The translations under genes and the position numbers were made by a program. A stretch of 64,000 nucleotides of DNA from Squalus acanthias. Its lineage: Eukaryota. The first letter of the stretch is position 1; every line of letters starts with the position of its first letter. The notes beneath the pieces are model-generated. The model searched no databases, was not told where the DNA came from, and saw nothing but the letters and a program-made list of their open reading frames with translations. The stretch lies in assembly GCA_030390025.1 (NCBI GenBank), contig CM059438.1, forward strand, positions 57,476,001 to 57,540,000, in the 5' to 3' direction. Positions 13,245-26,377 of this stretch are shown here, one piece after another.

Positions 13245-14423
13245 TCATTACATAGGATTACATAGGATATATGGCACAGAAACAGGCCATTCGGCCCAAC
13301 CAGTCCATGCCGGTGTTTATGCTCCACTTGAGACTCCTCCCGTCTTTCCTCATCTAAATCTATCAGCATAACCCTCTATTCCTTTCTCCCTCATATGCTT
13401 GTCTAGCCTCCCCTTAAATGCATCTATACTATTCGCTTCAACCAATCCCTGTGGTAGCGAGTTCCACATTCTCACCACTCTTTGGGTAAAGAAGTTTCTT
13501 CTGAATTCCCTATTGGATTTCTTGGTGACTATCTTATATTGATGGCCTCTAGTTATGCTCTTCCCCACAAGTGGAAACATTCTCTCTGTATCCACTCTAT
13601 CAAATCCTTTCATAATTTTATAGACCTCTATTAGGTCACCCATCAGCCATCTTTTTTCAAGAGAAAAGAGATCCAGCCTGTTCATCCTTTCCTGATATGT
13701 ATACCCTCGCATTTATGGTATCATCCTTGTAAATCTTCTCTGAACCCTCTCCAGTGCCTCTATATCCTTTTTATAATATGACAACCAGAACTGCATGCAG
13801 TACTCTAAGTGTGGTCTAACCAAGGTTCGATACAGGTTTAGCATAACTTCCCTACTTTTCAATTCTATCCCTCTAGAAATAAATCCTAGTGCTTGGTTTG
13901 CTTTTTTATGGCCTTGCTAACCTGTGTCGCACCTTTTAGTGATTTGTGTATTTGTACTCCGAGATCCCTTTGTTCCTCCACCCCACCTAGACTCGCACCC
14001 TCCAAGTGATAAGTGACCCCCTATTCTTCCTACCAAAATGTAATACCTCACATTTGTCTGTGTTGAGATTCATTTGCCAATTATTTGCCCATTCTGCAAG
14101 TTTATTAATGTCCTCCTGTAATTTATTGTAGTCTTCCTCAGTATTGACTATCCCTCCCAATTTGATATCATCCGCAAATTTAGAAATTATGTTTTTGATT
14201 CCAAAGTCTAAATCATCAATGTCAATTGTGAACAGCAGTGGTCCCAGCACTGATCCTTGTGGAACACCACTACCCACCTTCTGCCACTGTGAATAGCTAC
14301 CCTTTATTCCCACTCTCTGCTTTCTGTCTTGAAGCCAGCTAGCAATCCATTCTGCTACTTGTCCCCTGACTCCGCATTCTCTGACCTTATTCATTAGTCT
14401 ATTATGGGGTACCTTATCGAAGG
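13245..14423 (-). mobile_element. CR1 LINE 3' fragment, frameshifted
   Basis: [14 protein letters not shown] and RNFFTQRVV in ORFs 13350-14394. Confidence 0.9.
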
Positions 14424-14744
14424 CCGATGCCCATGATGCTCAGCAGGCCCAAAAAGGGAGGGGAACATGAACACAATTTGTGTGCTAGGCTTATTAAGCC
14501 CCCAAGTTCTACTTAAATGAGTCAGCCACCCCATAATGTGACTGATGTGCCTCAGCAGCACGCTAGCTGCAAAGTGCCCATTGGAATGAGTACAATAGGA
14601 GATGCTGTCATAAAAATAATTCAATAAACGCACCCTTGCCCTTTACCCACTCTCCAAAAGTCCTGCTCTTTGCTCCCTGTGTAGGATGACATGGAACTTG
14701 GAGAATAGAGTGAGAAATCTGAAAGTGGGAAGAAATGATCTTAC

Positions 14745-14771
14745 CTTGATCTTTCTGGTGCTTGATAACTC
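14745..14771 (-). CDS. 27-nt micro-exon (type B), phase 2/2, encodes SYQAPERS
   Basis: Minus strand reads ggttttgatatctag|GAGTTATCAAGCACCAGAAAGATCAAG|gtaagat. Exon is identical to 19308-19334. Confidence 0.78.
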
Positions 14772-16319
14772 CTAGATATCAAAACCAGTATCAGCAGACA
14801 GAAGCAAACCAGTTACAGCAATTGTTTAATATTAAAATACGACGAGTCTTCATTTCAACTTTCATTGCTTTAGAATGGCTAATATGGAAATAAACAACTT
14901 GCATTTTATTGCACCTTTCATGACCTTTTGGATTTACAACAAGTATTTTAATATTTTTGAAGGGAAATGTGGTAGCTAATTTGTGCAAGCAAGGTCTCAT
15001 AAACAGCAATGAGATAAATATATACTATATTTAACTCTTTGTGGCATACAGTAGCCCTTCAGTGTAACACTCTGACAGACATCAGCCCATCACCACAAAC
15101 ACTGCCTGATTCGTCAATACCCTCATTAGATCTCTCACTGAGCGTCATCAGGCACGATGCTGCTGAGCAGTTAATGAAAACTAAACAAAATATAATTAAA
15201 ACAAATGTGGCGTTTAAAAAAAGGATAGTGAAAAATAGTAAAGGTATCTGCAAGGTGTGAGGGTCCTGTTAGGAGAAAATGACTAATCAACAAACAGACA
15301 GGACCTTTGGAAGATATGTCAGCAAAGGTTACAAATGAGAAGATACTGACTGATCAGCTGAATCGATATTTTACCAGTTTTACAGGGTAGGTGTCTAGAT
15401 AAAATTAGTAAATTAGAAGTAACCTACCAGATAGTATTGGTTAAAGTTAATGAAGATGCAGGAGCTGACTCAATTTATTCTAGAGTGCTGAAGGAAATGG
15501 CGAGTGTCTTTCGTGAGGAATTTGTTGATACTTTCAATAGTTAATTACAGCCTGGGATGGTTCGTGAGATAGGAGGTTGTGACAGGTGGTCCCTTTTGTG
15601 CAACCCTCCCAAAGAGATCCAAATGATCCTCCTTGAAGGGGATGGGAAGTAAGGTAGGAACAAACAACATATTGGCCCTGAATTTGCAGTCGGAGGCGTT
15701 TCTCTGGAGTACGCCTCCGACCCGCAAAAGATCTACGAACTTACCTCCTCACTCCAAAGCTACGGCGAGTTCACGTCCTGGTCGTTCAGGCATGCACCTG
15801 CGTAAAGGCCCATGGATCCCAGGGACGCAGGTGGTTCGGAAGCATCCCTGGGATCACGTGGGCCAGGTCCTCCAATGAGAAAGGAGGATTCCATTTACGA
15901 ACGGAATCCCCATAAAACCCTTATGGAATCCCCAAATAATTAAACAATTTAGACAACTGCAATAAAAATATGTGTTCTTATTTTCAAATGTAATAAAAAG
16001 TTCCTTCAATGCAGCAAATACAATAAAAATTAAATTTTTTGAAAAATAATTTTAAACATTTAAATCTGGGCCAAAATTTGCATAAACTAATTTTAAGTGT
16101 TTATGCATCACTTTTTATTTTAACATTTTTAATTTAAGATTTATATTAACCCTTACGCTGGTGAAAGAAGGCCCTACACCTGCTATTACCAGGCGTAAGA
16201 GTTTCGTGGGCATTTGCTGGGAACTCAGCGCCAGTGAAAGTGAATTTCTAGTCGGTTCGGTAGATCTGTCAAGGTGTACCTTGACAGATTGCAAGTCTGC
16301 ATCGCATGTGGAAGCCCGA

Positions 16320-16700
16320 AACAACAACTCACAGTTATATAGCACCTTTAACATAGTAAAAACATCCCAAGGTGCTTCACAGGAACGTTATCAGAAAAAC
16401 AATTGACACTGAGCCACATAAAGGGATATTAGGGCAGGTGACCAAAAGATTGGTCAAAGAGGTAGGTTATAAGCAGCAACTTAAAGGAGAGAGATGTGGA
16501 GAGGTATAGGGAGGGAATTCCAGAGCTTAGGGTCCAGGCAGCAGAAGGCATGGCCACCAAAGTGTGGTGGAATGAAAATCAAGAATGTGCAAGAGTCCAG
16601 AATTGGAGGAGCGCATAGATCCCAGGGTGTTTTGGGGTTGGAGGAGGGTACAGAGGTAGAGAGGGTCGAGGCCATGGAGGGATTTGAACATGAGGATGAC
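16320..16700 (-). mobile_element. L2 LINE 3' fragment
   Basis: Reverse complement of the L2 3' end seen at 54450-54770 (tail acaacaac, PKLWNSLP). Confidence 0.75.
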
Positions 16701-18784
16701 GTCTCATTATAACACTCTCTGGTACATAACGGAGCCAGAAAGGCAATGGCAGGAGCCTTAGCGTCATCCCTGGAAAATGAGGCGCAGAGGCCTTGAGGCC
16801 TGTAATGTGCCTGTGATGCTCAGCATGCTCAAAAAGGGAGGGGAACAGGAACAAAATTGGTGTGATAGGCTTATTAGGCCCCCAAATTCCAGTTAAATGA
16901 GTCAACCACCCCATAATGTGACTGAAGTGTCTCAGCAGCACTCTAGCTGCAAAGTGCCCATAGGAATGAGTAAGATAGAGGAGGCTGTCATAAAAATTTT
17001 AATTTCAGACACCCTTCCCCTTCCCCCAGAACCCCCGCCCTTTGCTCCCTGTGCTTACGTTGCCCAGTGTCCTTCCCCCCACATGAGGAAAGTGCCTGAC
17101 ACATGATGGGCAGCAACAGCCCTTCACAGGCTGCTGGCAGCTGACAATGTGACCGTTGGCACTCCTGTTCATAGAATCTTACAGCACAGAAGGAGGCCAT
17201 TCGGTCCATTGTCTCTGTGCTGGCTCTTTGATGAACTATCCAATTAGTCCCCCTACTCTGCTCGTTCCCCATGGCCCTGCAAATCTCTCCTTTTCAATTA
17301 GATATCCAATTCCCTTTTGAAAGTTACTGAGTGTTGAGGTGATATCTGAATTGCTCAAACAGGTTGCAGTAAAATAGTGATTTCCAGTATGTTCTTTGTG
17401 TCAGGCTCCATGTTGCTGACTGTTATTTGGTTTCATGTTGAGTTGACATCTGATTTGCTCAAACAGGTTGCAGTAAAATAGTGACAATATCACCTTCTCA
17501 GTGAACTAGGGATGGACAATTAATGCCAGCCTTTCCAGCAATGCCCACATCCTGAGAATTAATATAAAAAGGGACCAGTCTATTAATTTACGTTAGAGGG
17601 TCTCCTGAAAGATCAATGGCATATTGGTCTCAGTAGTACTGGGCTCACTTCACGACTGGTGTTTTGAAATTTTTATTAGTTAAAGGACTGACAATTAAGA
17701 GCTCACTCTAATGTCTCATGGAAAGGCCAGTATCTTCAAAACAGTGCTCCATGTCACTGCACTCACACCACTCTATACTACCAGTGACAGGATTGCTCCC
17801 TGGGGCAGCCAGTGCCTTTTGCTGTTTCACATTTACACATGAAAGGACTCAACACAAGTGTTAACCTAATAATTAGTTACCATTGTGACAATATTTTGTG
17901 AAATATGGGTTTTCAAACTGGGTTCTTGAAATCTAGGGTGTCTCTGAGGTCAAACGTTGGTCTGTCTGTTGTCAGATTGCTGAATTGTTCTTCTTTTGTA
18001 GACTAGCCAGCATATAATTTCACTCCTATTACATGTTTCTGCAACACTAGCTCTGTTTTCATTTGGGTAGCTAACACTGTCCCCAGGAGAGTTACTACTT
18101 AAATGGGGTTCCCAGGGGTGTGCTATTATTTACAGAGGGCCACAGGAGTGTGTTAATATTTGCAGAAGTTCCTCAGAAGCAGGTCACCAGCGCTATAAAA
18201 AAGTTGCAGCATATGTACACTGTTGAGTAATAGGTTTCATTTTCTGGGAATCAAGGTGCCAAATAAAGAATCACTGGGGTAAATTTTTAATTTGCCGCCC
18301 AGGCATAAAACTAGGCATCTCTGCTTCAATCATTAACTCTGGTAGTGCATTTCATGCCTCACAACCCTAGTGTAAAAAGGTTTCTCCCTACTTCCTGTTC
18401 TTTTTCTCTTACATTTAATTTTATATTTATATCCCCTCATTCTAGACCCCTCAACTACAGAAAGCAATCTTTCTATCTACTCTGTCACATCCAATCTTTC
18501 TTTCCCTCTCTTTATTTCATTTTCTGTTCCTAATTTGACATTGAATTTACCGCCTTTAATTCACACTCCTTCTCAAGGAGATACCCTGTTAGTTGCCTTG
18601 TTCACTCAGGTCCCAGATGCCCTTTTCCCTCGTTGCGCGTTATCAGCTCGCACTTTCAGCAACTTTGTGGGCACACATGTTTTGAGCTGAAGGGTGCAGG
18701 GGCAAGTCTAACTAATAGCAGACACCATTAGATGCCCTGCTACAGCAAAATCTCACCCAATAAACATAATAGGAAATATCTCAC

Positions 18785-18811
18785 CTCTGTTGATTAAATT
18801 GATTGTCAGCT
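18785..18811 (-). pseudogene. 27-nt micro-exon copy (type A, ADNQFNQQ) with mutated splice acceptor; probably a dead exon
   Basis: Minus strand reads ttttattctgg|AGCTGACAATCAATTTAATCAACAGAG|gtgagat. The acceptor AG is GG here; the paralogs have ttctag. Confidence 0.7.
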
Positions 18812-19307
18812 CCAGAATAAAAATTAGCAAGTTAGGTAGGAACAAACAACACATTGAAATCAGTTTCCAGCAAACTGCAACAATGTCTGATTATAACACT
18901 CTCTGATACAGGATGGGGCCGAAAAGGCAATGGCGGTAGCCTTAACGACATCCCTGGAAAATGAGGCATAGAGGCTTAAGGCCTGTAGCGTGCCTGTGAT
19001 GCTCAGCACACCCAAAAAGGGAGGGGAACATGAACACAATTTTGTGTGCTAGGCTTATTAGGCCCTTAAGTTCTAATTAAATGAGTCAGCCACCCCATAA
19101 TGTGACTGATGTGCCTCAGCAGCACGCTAGCTATAAGTGCCCATTGGAATGAGTATGATAGGAGATGCTGTCATAAACAAAATTCAATACACGCACCCTT
19201 GCCCTTTACCCACCCTCCAAAAGTCCTGCTCTTTGCTCCCTGTGTAGAATGACATGAAACTTGGAGAATAGAGTGAGAAATGAGAAAGTGGGAAGAAATG
19301 ATCTTAC

Positions 19308-19334
19308 CTTGATCTTTCTGGTGCTTGATAACTC
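19308..19334 (-). CDS. 27-nt micro-exon (type B), phase 2/2, encodes SYQAPERS
   Basis: Minus strand reads ggttttgatttctag|GAGTTATCAAGCACCAGAAAGATCAAG|gtaagat. Confidence 0.8.
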
Positions 19335-20447
19335 CTAGAAATCAAAACCAGTATCAGCAGACAGAAGCAAACCAGTTACAGCAATTGCTTAATGTTAAAA
19401 TACGACGAGTCTTCATTTCAACTTTCATTGCTTTAGAATGGATAATACGGAAAGAAACAACATGCATTTTATTGCACCTTTCATGACCTCAAGACCTCTT
19501 TTGGCTTTACAACAATAAAGTACTTTTGAAGTTTAGTCACTTGTAATGTAGAGAACTGTGGCAGCCAATTTGTGCGCAGCAAGGTCTCACAAACAGCAAT
19601 CAGATAAATATATACTACATCTAACTCTTTGTGGCATACAGTAACCCTTTAGTCTCTCATTGAGCACCATCAGGCACGATGCTGCTGAGCAGTTAATGAA
19701 AACTAAACAAAATATAATGAAAGCAAACATGGTGTTTAAAAAAAGGATAGTGAAAAATAGCAAGGTGTGAGGGTCCTGTTAGGAGAAAACAATTAATCAA
19801 CAAACAGGACCTTTGGAAGATATGTCAGCACAGGTTACAAATGAGAAGAAAATGACCGATCAGCTGAATCGATATTTACCTCTGTTTTCACTTCTGAAAG
19901 CAATGGGACAATCCCAGTTTTACAGGGTAGGTGTCTAAATAAAACTGGTAAATTAGAAGTAACCTACCAGATCGTATTCATTAACGTTAATGAAGATGCA
20001 GGAGCTGATTCAATTTATTCTAGAGAGCTGAAGGAAATGGCGAGTGTCTTACGTGAGGAATTTGTTGCTACTTTCAAGAGTTAATTACAGCCTGGGATGG
20101 TTCGTGAGATTGGAGGTTGTGACAGGTGGTCCCTCTCGTGCAGCCCTCCCAAAGAGATCCAAATGATCCTCCTTGAAGGGGATGGGAAGTTGGAGGTTGG
20201 GGGGGTCCACTACCTTTGGCCAATGTTTCTCTGATGTTATGGGTTCTCTGCATTAAAAGGATGCAAGAGTTGGGGAGGGCTAACAAGGCAATGGAATACA
20301 CAATAAATGGTAGGATACTGAGACGTGCAGGGAAAGGGAGGGACCTTGGAGTGCATGTCCAATCTTTCTCTGGTGTTATGGGCTCTCTTCTTTAAAAACA
20401 AATGCAAGAAGTGAGAATGACCTCTAGGTGGCATGAGATGCAGCACT

Positions 20448-21947
20448 GCTGATCATCTTCCAACATTCGATGGAATCTGGAACTGTACCCATGGATTGGA
20501 GGGTAGCTAATGTTACCCCACTATTCAAAAAGGGTGGTAGAGAGAAAACGGGGAATTACAGACATCGGTAGTGGGGAAAATGCTAGAGTCCATTATAAAG
20601 GATGTAAAAGCTGAGCACTTGAAAAACAGTGACAGGATCGGACAAAGTCAACATGGATTTACAAAAGGTAAATCGTGCTTGACTAATCTACTGGAATTTT
20701 TTGAGGATGTAACTGGGAAAATAGATAAGGGAGAACCAGTAGATGTGGTGTATTTGGACTTTCAAAAGGCTTTCGATAAGGTCCCGCATAAGAGATTAGC
20801 GTGTAAAGTTAAGGCACATGGGATTGGGGGCGAGATATTGACTTGGATAGAGAACTGGTTGGCAGACAGAAAGCAGAGAGTAGGAATTAATGGGTCTTTT
20901 TCCGAGTGGCAGGCAGTGACTAGTGGGGTACCGCAGGGTTCGGTCCTTGGACCCCAGCTATTCACAATATACATTAATGATCTAGATAAGGGAACTAAAT
21001 GTAATATCTCCAAGTTTGCAGATGACACAAAGCTGGGTGGACGTGTGTGCTCCGAGGAGGATACTGAGAAACTCCAGGATGATTTGGACAGGTTGGGTGA
21101 GTGGGCAGAAGCATGGCAGATGCAATATAATGTGGATAAATGCGAGGTTATCCACTTTGGTGTCAAAAACGGAAAGGCAGACTATTATCTGAATGGCAAT
21201 AGATTGGGAGAAGGGGAAGTGCAATGAGACCTGGGTGTCCTTGTGCACCAGTCGCTGAAGGTAAGCATGCAGGTGCAGCAGGCGGTGAAGAAGGCAAATG
21301 GTATGATGGCCTTCATAGCGAAAGGGTTTGAGTATAGGAACAGGGATGTCCTTCTGCAGTTGTACAGGGCCTTGGTGAGACCACACCTTGAGTACTGTGT
21401 GCAGTTTTGGTCGCCTTATCTGAGAAAGGATGTTCTTGCCATGGAAGGAGTTCAGCGAAGATTCACAAGGCTGATACCTGGGATGGCAGGAATGACATAT
21501 GAGGAGAGATTGGGTCGATTGGGCTTATACTCGCTGGAGTATAGAAGAATGAGAGGGGATCTCATCGAAACATATAAAATTCTGACAGGTCTGGACAAAC
21601 TAGATGCAGGAAGAATGTTCCCGATGGTCAGAGAGTCCAGAACCAGGGGTCATAATCTAAGGATAAGGGGTAAGCCATTTAGGACAGAAATGAGGAAGAA
21701 TTTCTTCACCCAGAGAGTGGTGAACCTGTGGAATTCTCTACCACAGAAGGTAGTTGAGGCCAAGTCATTAAATATATTCAAGAATGAGTTAGATATATTT
21801 CTTAAAGCTAAAGGTATCAAGGGATATGGGGAGAAGGCAGGTACAGGGTACTGAGTTTGGATGATCAGCCATGATCTCATCGAATGACGGAGCAGGCTCG
21901 AGGGGCCAAATGGCCTACTCCTCCTCCTATCTTCTATGTTTCTATGT
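20448..21947 (+). mobile_element. 5'-truncated CR1 LINE with one in-frame stop and a deletion
   Basis: RT ORFs 20571-21227 and 21243-21854. CR1 3' UTR and TTCTATG tail. Confidence 0.92.
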
Positions 21948-22829
21948 TAAATCCAGGTATCAGCGTGGTGACCATAATGAGGGTGATACAGGTGAATGAA
22001 CCAAGCAATTACATACCATGTGAGGTTGTCAGTGGGGTGAAAGCACGTAAAGATATGAGTGACAGAATATTTGTAGATGAATACTGGGGGTGTAAAGTTC
22101 CCCGCAATATCCCTCAGGCATTAATGGTGAACTACTGAAGCACGTCAACACAGTGAGGAGGAGCTGACTGTATGTTGCAAACATTTTTAGTTCAATGTAT
22201 GTTTAATCTAGCCAGATCTGATAAAAGGAGTGAACCATACCTTTCAACTAAACATTTTGCAGCACTGTGGAGTTGGCATTGATTGTCCTGCCCCCACCTG
22301 CCACTGCTGTACTGTGGTCCTTTCCTTGTGGAACGCTATCTCAGGGTTCCAAATAATGCCTCCCTGCTCTGCCTAACGTCGGTAAGAAGCACTTCCACTG
22401 CCACATAACTGAACCCGGAGACTCTCATTCATTCTGCCAGCTTACCAGACATCTTCTGCTGAGCAGCATTTAGAGCTGCTGCAATTTACACTTTTTAATG
22501 TGCTGGCCCTTTACATCCAGTAGCCCATTGGCTGGCGTTCCTGACGGCAAGTGTGGCCCTTATTATATAACACAGGTTGAGTCCCAAACTCCGCCAGGGA
22601 CTGAGCCATTCTCGCTAGGTGGGACAAATCGCATTCCACCATTTTTGCAGTCTTTTCACCCAAGCACAAAATCTAGGCTAATATCTGATCATCTAAAACT
22701 GATTTCTGGTATGGTGACAAGGATCAGTCTTGTCGTTAAGGTAAGATGGTCTCTCGAAGGAACAATGGAATGTTCACATGAATATTAGGGATGAGGAAGA
22801 CTATTTGGCCTATCTCAATTCATTCCTCC

Positions 22830-23745
22830 AGATGCATCTTGAGAGGATGTCATAATCAATCCGTATCGTCTGCTTACACTACATCTTCTGCACTATGTGC
22901 ATTTCTGCTCACTGAGACACAAGGGACATATCTAGGCATTAAGGGCAGTGCAGAAAAGAGCCATGAGGCTGCTCCCAGTGTTGGAGGTCTGCGCTATTTG
23001 CCTTTTGAAAGACTGTTTGTCTGACATCCAGTCTTGCATGACCCGCAACACTGGGAAGACCGAAGTCATCATCTTGAACCCGCCAGGAACATCAATTCCA
23101 CCCCCATGCCCGGCCACTCTCTCAGGTTGAACCCGACTATTCGCAACCTTGGCAAACTACTTGACGCAGACTGATCCATCGTTCCCATATACTGTCCAGC
23201 ACAAAGACTGCCTACTTCCATCTTCTTAATATCGCCCGTCTCAATCTTGTCTCATCCGATCTGCTGCTGAAACACTCATCCGTGCTTTTGCCACTTCCAG
23301 ACCTGACTATTCCATGCTTTCCTGGAAACCTCAGCTCATCCAAAACTCTGCTGCCTGTATCCTCTTCCTCACCAAGTCCCACTCACGTATCATCACCCCT
23401 GTTCTTGCTGACCTACATGCTGACCAGTCCCACACGCCTCTAATTAATCCTCGTGTTTAAATCCTTTGATGGCCTTGCACCTCTCTACTTCTGTAACCTC
23501 CTCCAGCCCTGCAACCACCCCAGAAACGTCTGATCTTCCAACTCTGGCCTCTGGCATCCCCTCTCCCTTCACCTCACTATTGGCAGGTGCGCTTTTAATC
23601 GTCTAGGCTCCGTGCTCTGGAATTCCCTCCCAAAGCTGCTCTGACTCTCAATCTCCATCTCTCAGTTTAAAACCGTTCTTAAAGCCCACCTTGTTGACTA
23701 AGGTTTTGGTCACTCCTCCTAATATCTCCTTTGTTGGCTCAGGGA
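22830..23745 (+). mobile_element. Old L2 LINE 3' remnant (paralog at 55480-56020)
   Basis: Degenerate homology to 53830-54680. Confidence 0.7.
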
Positions 23746-24049
23746 CCATTTTTTGGAGGGTAAGGAGATAGATAGGAGGAGAGAGGAGGAAGGGATGGGA
23801 AAGTGAAAGAAGAGGTAATGGGATGAGAATCGGATGGGGATAGGAGGAGGTTGCGAAAGGGGAGAGAGAGAAGGGGATGGAAGGAGCGAAGGCAGTGCAA
23901 CAACCTCTGTCGGAAGAGGTGGCTGGAATTTTGATCTGAATGGGGCAAGGGTGTGAACTGTTCTTTCCTCGGGGTGGGGGGCTGGGGGCAGAGGGAAGGG
24001 GGATAATGACAAATTAATAATAAACACACAAGAAAAGAAATAATTGTAC

Positions 24050-24076
24050 CTGAATCTATCTGCTGCTTGGCAAATC
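24050..24076 (-). CDS. 27-nt micro-exon (type C), phase 2/2, encodes ICQAADRF
   Basis: Minus strand reads ggttttaatttctag|GATTTGCCAAGCAGCAGATAGATTCAG|gtacaat. The donor (CAG/GTACAA) is weaker than in the other copies. Confidence 0.72.
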
Positions 24077-25029
24077 CTAGAAATTAAAACCAGTAGCGTC
24101 AGAGAGAAGGAAATCAGTTACTGCAGTTGGACAAAATGCAAATTAATTGAATAGCAGTATAATTTTCTTTGACCTACTTTGACCAAAAAGATATCTTCCC
24201 TGATATACATCAAGCCTGCTGTAACTCTTCCTGACGTAAAATTGCCCCTCAATGTAACACTCTGATATACACATGACCCTCACCACAAACACTATTTGAG
24301 GCACTAACACCAATATTAGATCCCAGTTGAGTTCTGTCAGTGTCCATGTTGACTGTTATCTGGTTCAATGTTGAGCTGATATCTGATTTGCCCAAACTGG
24401 TTTTAGTAAAATGGGTTAAGGACCACTTTAGTAATTAGGGTTTGAGGGTCTGTTGAAAGAACAATGGAATACTGGTGTCACTTAATAACTGGTGCCTTGG
24501 AGCATTTATTAGTTAGAAAAAAAGTCGGGCAAACAGAATCTTAGTACAACATCCCAACACAATGACCCGACCTTTGAACTTATACTGTTTCTGTCATGCA
24601 CTGCCACGCCAAAATATCAGGGAAACCAGCTACAGAAGGTAAGCAGCATATTCTAATGATTGTAAAATACAAGTTGTTGGTGTTTATGATATAAACCTGA
24701 TAACCTTGGACTCTACGGACATCAAGGGATATGGGGATTGGGCGAGAAAGTGGAGTTGAGGTTGAAGATCAGCCATGATCTTATTGAATGGCGGAGCAGG
24801 CTCGAGGGGCCGTATGGCCTACTCCTGCTCCTATTTCTTATGTTCTTATGCAATACCTTACAACTGTTAGAATTATATTTTATATTGTATTTGTTCAAAT
24901 CAGACTGTATATTGTGTCAGTATTCACTAACATTTGAACACTTGTGAACTCGACAAATGATATAAACCTATTAATTTGTTACTGCGCCAATATCCAATAT
25001 CTAACAGGAATGAAGCCAAATCCTGTCCC

Positions 25030-25260
25030 TCTTCTGACCTGGTCCTTTCTGTCCATGGGCCTCCAGAGCATCCCAAATACTTGCTGCAACAATCCAAAGA
25101 ATCACCTTAAGAGCCACTGAGATCAGTGAGATTCCGTGGTAATTTTTGTATTCAATAGGAGCCCCCTTCTTGTGGCTAGGAACCCCAGCTGCCCTGTAGA
25201 ATACCGAAGGTGTTGTGTACAGAGTCATCTTCATCAGCTTCAATAGTGCAGCTCAAAGGC
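25030..25260 (-). mobile_element. Ancient LINE RT remnant, duplicated at 61500-61760
   Basis: HKKGAPIEYKNYHGISLISVALKV resembles the RT motif KKGD..NYRGISLLS...KV. Confidence 0.6.
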
Positions 25261-25296
25261 GTGCTCATGCTTATTGGGTTCTGTTGACCAAGACAA

Positions 25297-25660
25297 TCAC
25301 AACAACTTGCATTTATATAGCGCCTTTAACGTAGTAAAACCTCCCAAGATGCGTCACATGAGCATAACCAATCAAATATTGACACAGAGCCAGAGAAGGA
25401 CATATCAGAACAAGTGACTAAAAGCTAGGTCAAAGAGGTAGGCTTTAAGAAGCGTCTGAAAGGAGAGTGCGGTGGAGAGGCGGAGAGGTTTAGGGAGGGA
25501 TTTCCAGAGCTTAGGGCCTAGACAGCTGAAGGCACGGCTGCCAATGGTGGTGCAGGGGAAGTGGAACTGCATAAGAGGCCAAAGTTGGGAGTTTTCAGAC
25601 GGCCGGAGGATGTTACAGAGATAGGGCGGGACGGGTCCATGGAGGAATTTTAAACACGGG
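25297..25660 (-). mobile_element. L2 LINE 3' fragment
   Basis: acaacaacttgcatttatatagcgcctttaac tail, as at 16320. Confidence 0.7.
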
Positions 25661-26377
25661 GTGGAGACACAAAACCCTCAACAGTATGGGATACCATCAA
25701 TATCATGCCCCTTCACTCACTATATCTCTCGCAATCACCGGCTCAAAGACACCCACTGCGAGGAGTTAACTGGGGGAATACACCGTGTGAGATACAGAGC
25801 ATGAGTAACCAGAATGAGCCTGCAGTAACATGGGCCAGAATTTTCCATTGCCGTGCGTGTGGGTTTGGAGACGGTCGGTTGTAAACATAGCGGAAATAGG
25901 CAGCGCGTTGGGACACCTCCATCATTCCGCCTCCTCGCGCCTTTAACTCGGACATGTTTCCCAGTGCGCCACAAACCCGATGGGCAGAGGCGGGCGACTT
26001 AATTCAACTCATTAATTGCTTGTTCTCAGACCCTTAAGAGGGTTTTTAACAGCAGCTTTTGAATTTAACGGCATGAGCACGGGAAGCACGAAGCTCTGGA
26101 ACCTCGCCTGTGAAGGGGAAGCAGAAGCTCAGTGGCCATTGTGTGAGTGCATTAATTGAGAGCTGGGAAAACCACATAAATATACACACCTTATAACTCA
26201 TTAGTTGCCGAAGGAAAAGGCTCTTGCTGACTCCATTTTGTGCAGATTTAGTTTTCTGGAGTTTGCAGTCTATTTCTGCAACCTCAGAAGCCACTCTCAG
26301 CACACTGCTACTCAGTATTAGAACATTGAGGGATTGGCCCTCTAATTGCTACTTGACCTGCCATCTACGACATCAGC

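Larger units (their letters stand above)
8761..15655. repeat. Recent segmental duplication, copy I (carries exons 11303 and 14745)
   Basis: 8761-9860 matches 17381-18490. 10965-11430 matches 18490-18905. 13176-13234 and 14425-15655 match 18925-20190. Confidence 0.9.
17381..20190. repeat. Recent segmental duplication, copy II (carries exons 18785 and 19308)
   Basis: Long near-identical stretches with 8761-15655. Lacks the two CR1 insertions and has an internal deletion. Confidence 0.9.

Noticed and set aside
14745..14825. Repeated short segments with a donor site and upstream GGTTTTG, suggesting Ig/TCR J segments with RSS
   Set aside because: No CACTGTG heptamer at 12/23 spacing and no FGxG/WGxG motif. 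An AG acceptor bounding 27 nt explains the structure better.
15059..15253. Hydrophobic ORF MQIPLLFFTILFLNATF.. repeated at 49808-50002, resembling a signal peptide or small membrane protein
   Set aside because: It is largely antisense to an A-rich ancient CR1-like remnant within the duplicated intron. The third copy (~19640-19770) is broken by deletions, and no splice support is evident.
24621..24638. Plus-strand 18-nt segment cag|GGAAACCAGCTACAGAAG|gtaagc, with a paralog at ~61228-61245
   Set aside because: No polypyrimidine tract (aaaatatcag), opposite strand to the array, and its recurrence is explained by the block duplication.
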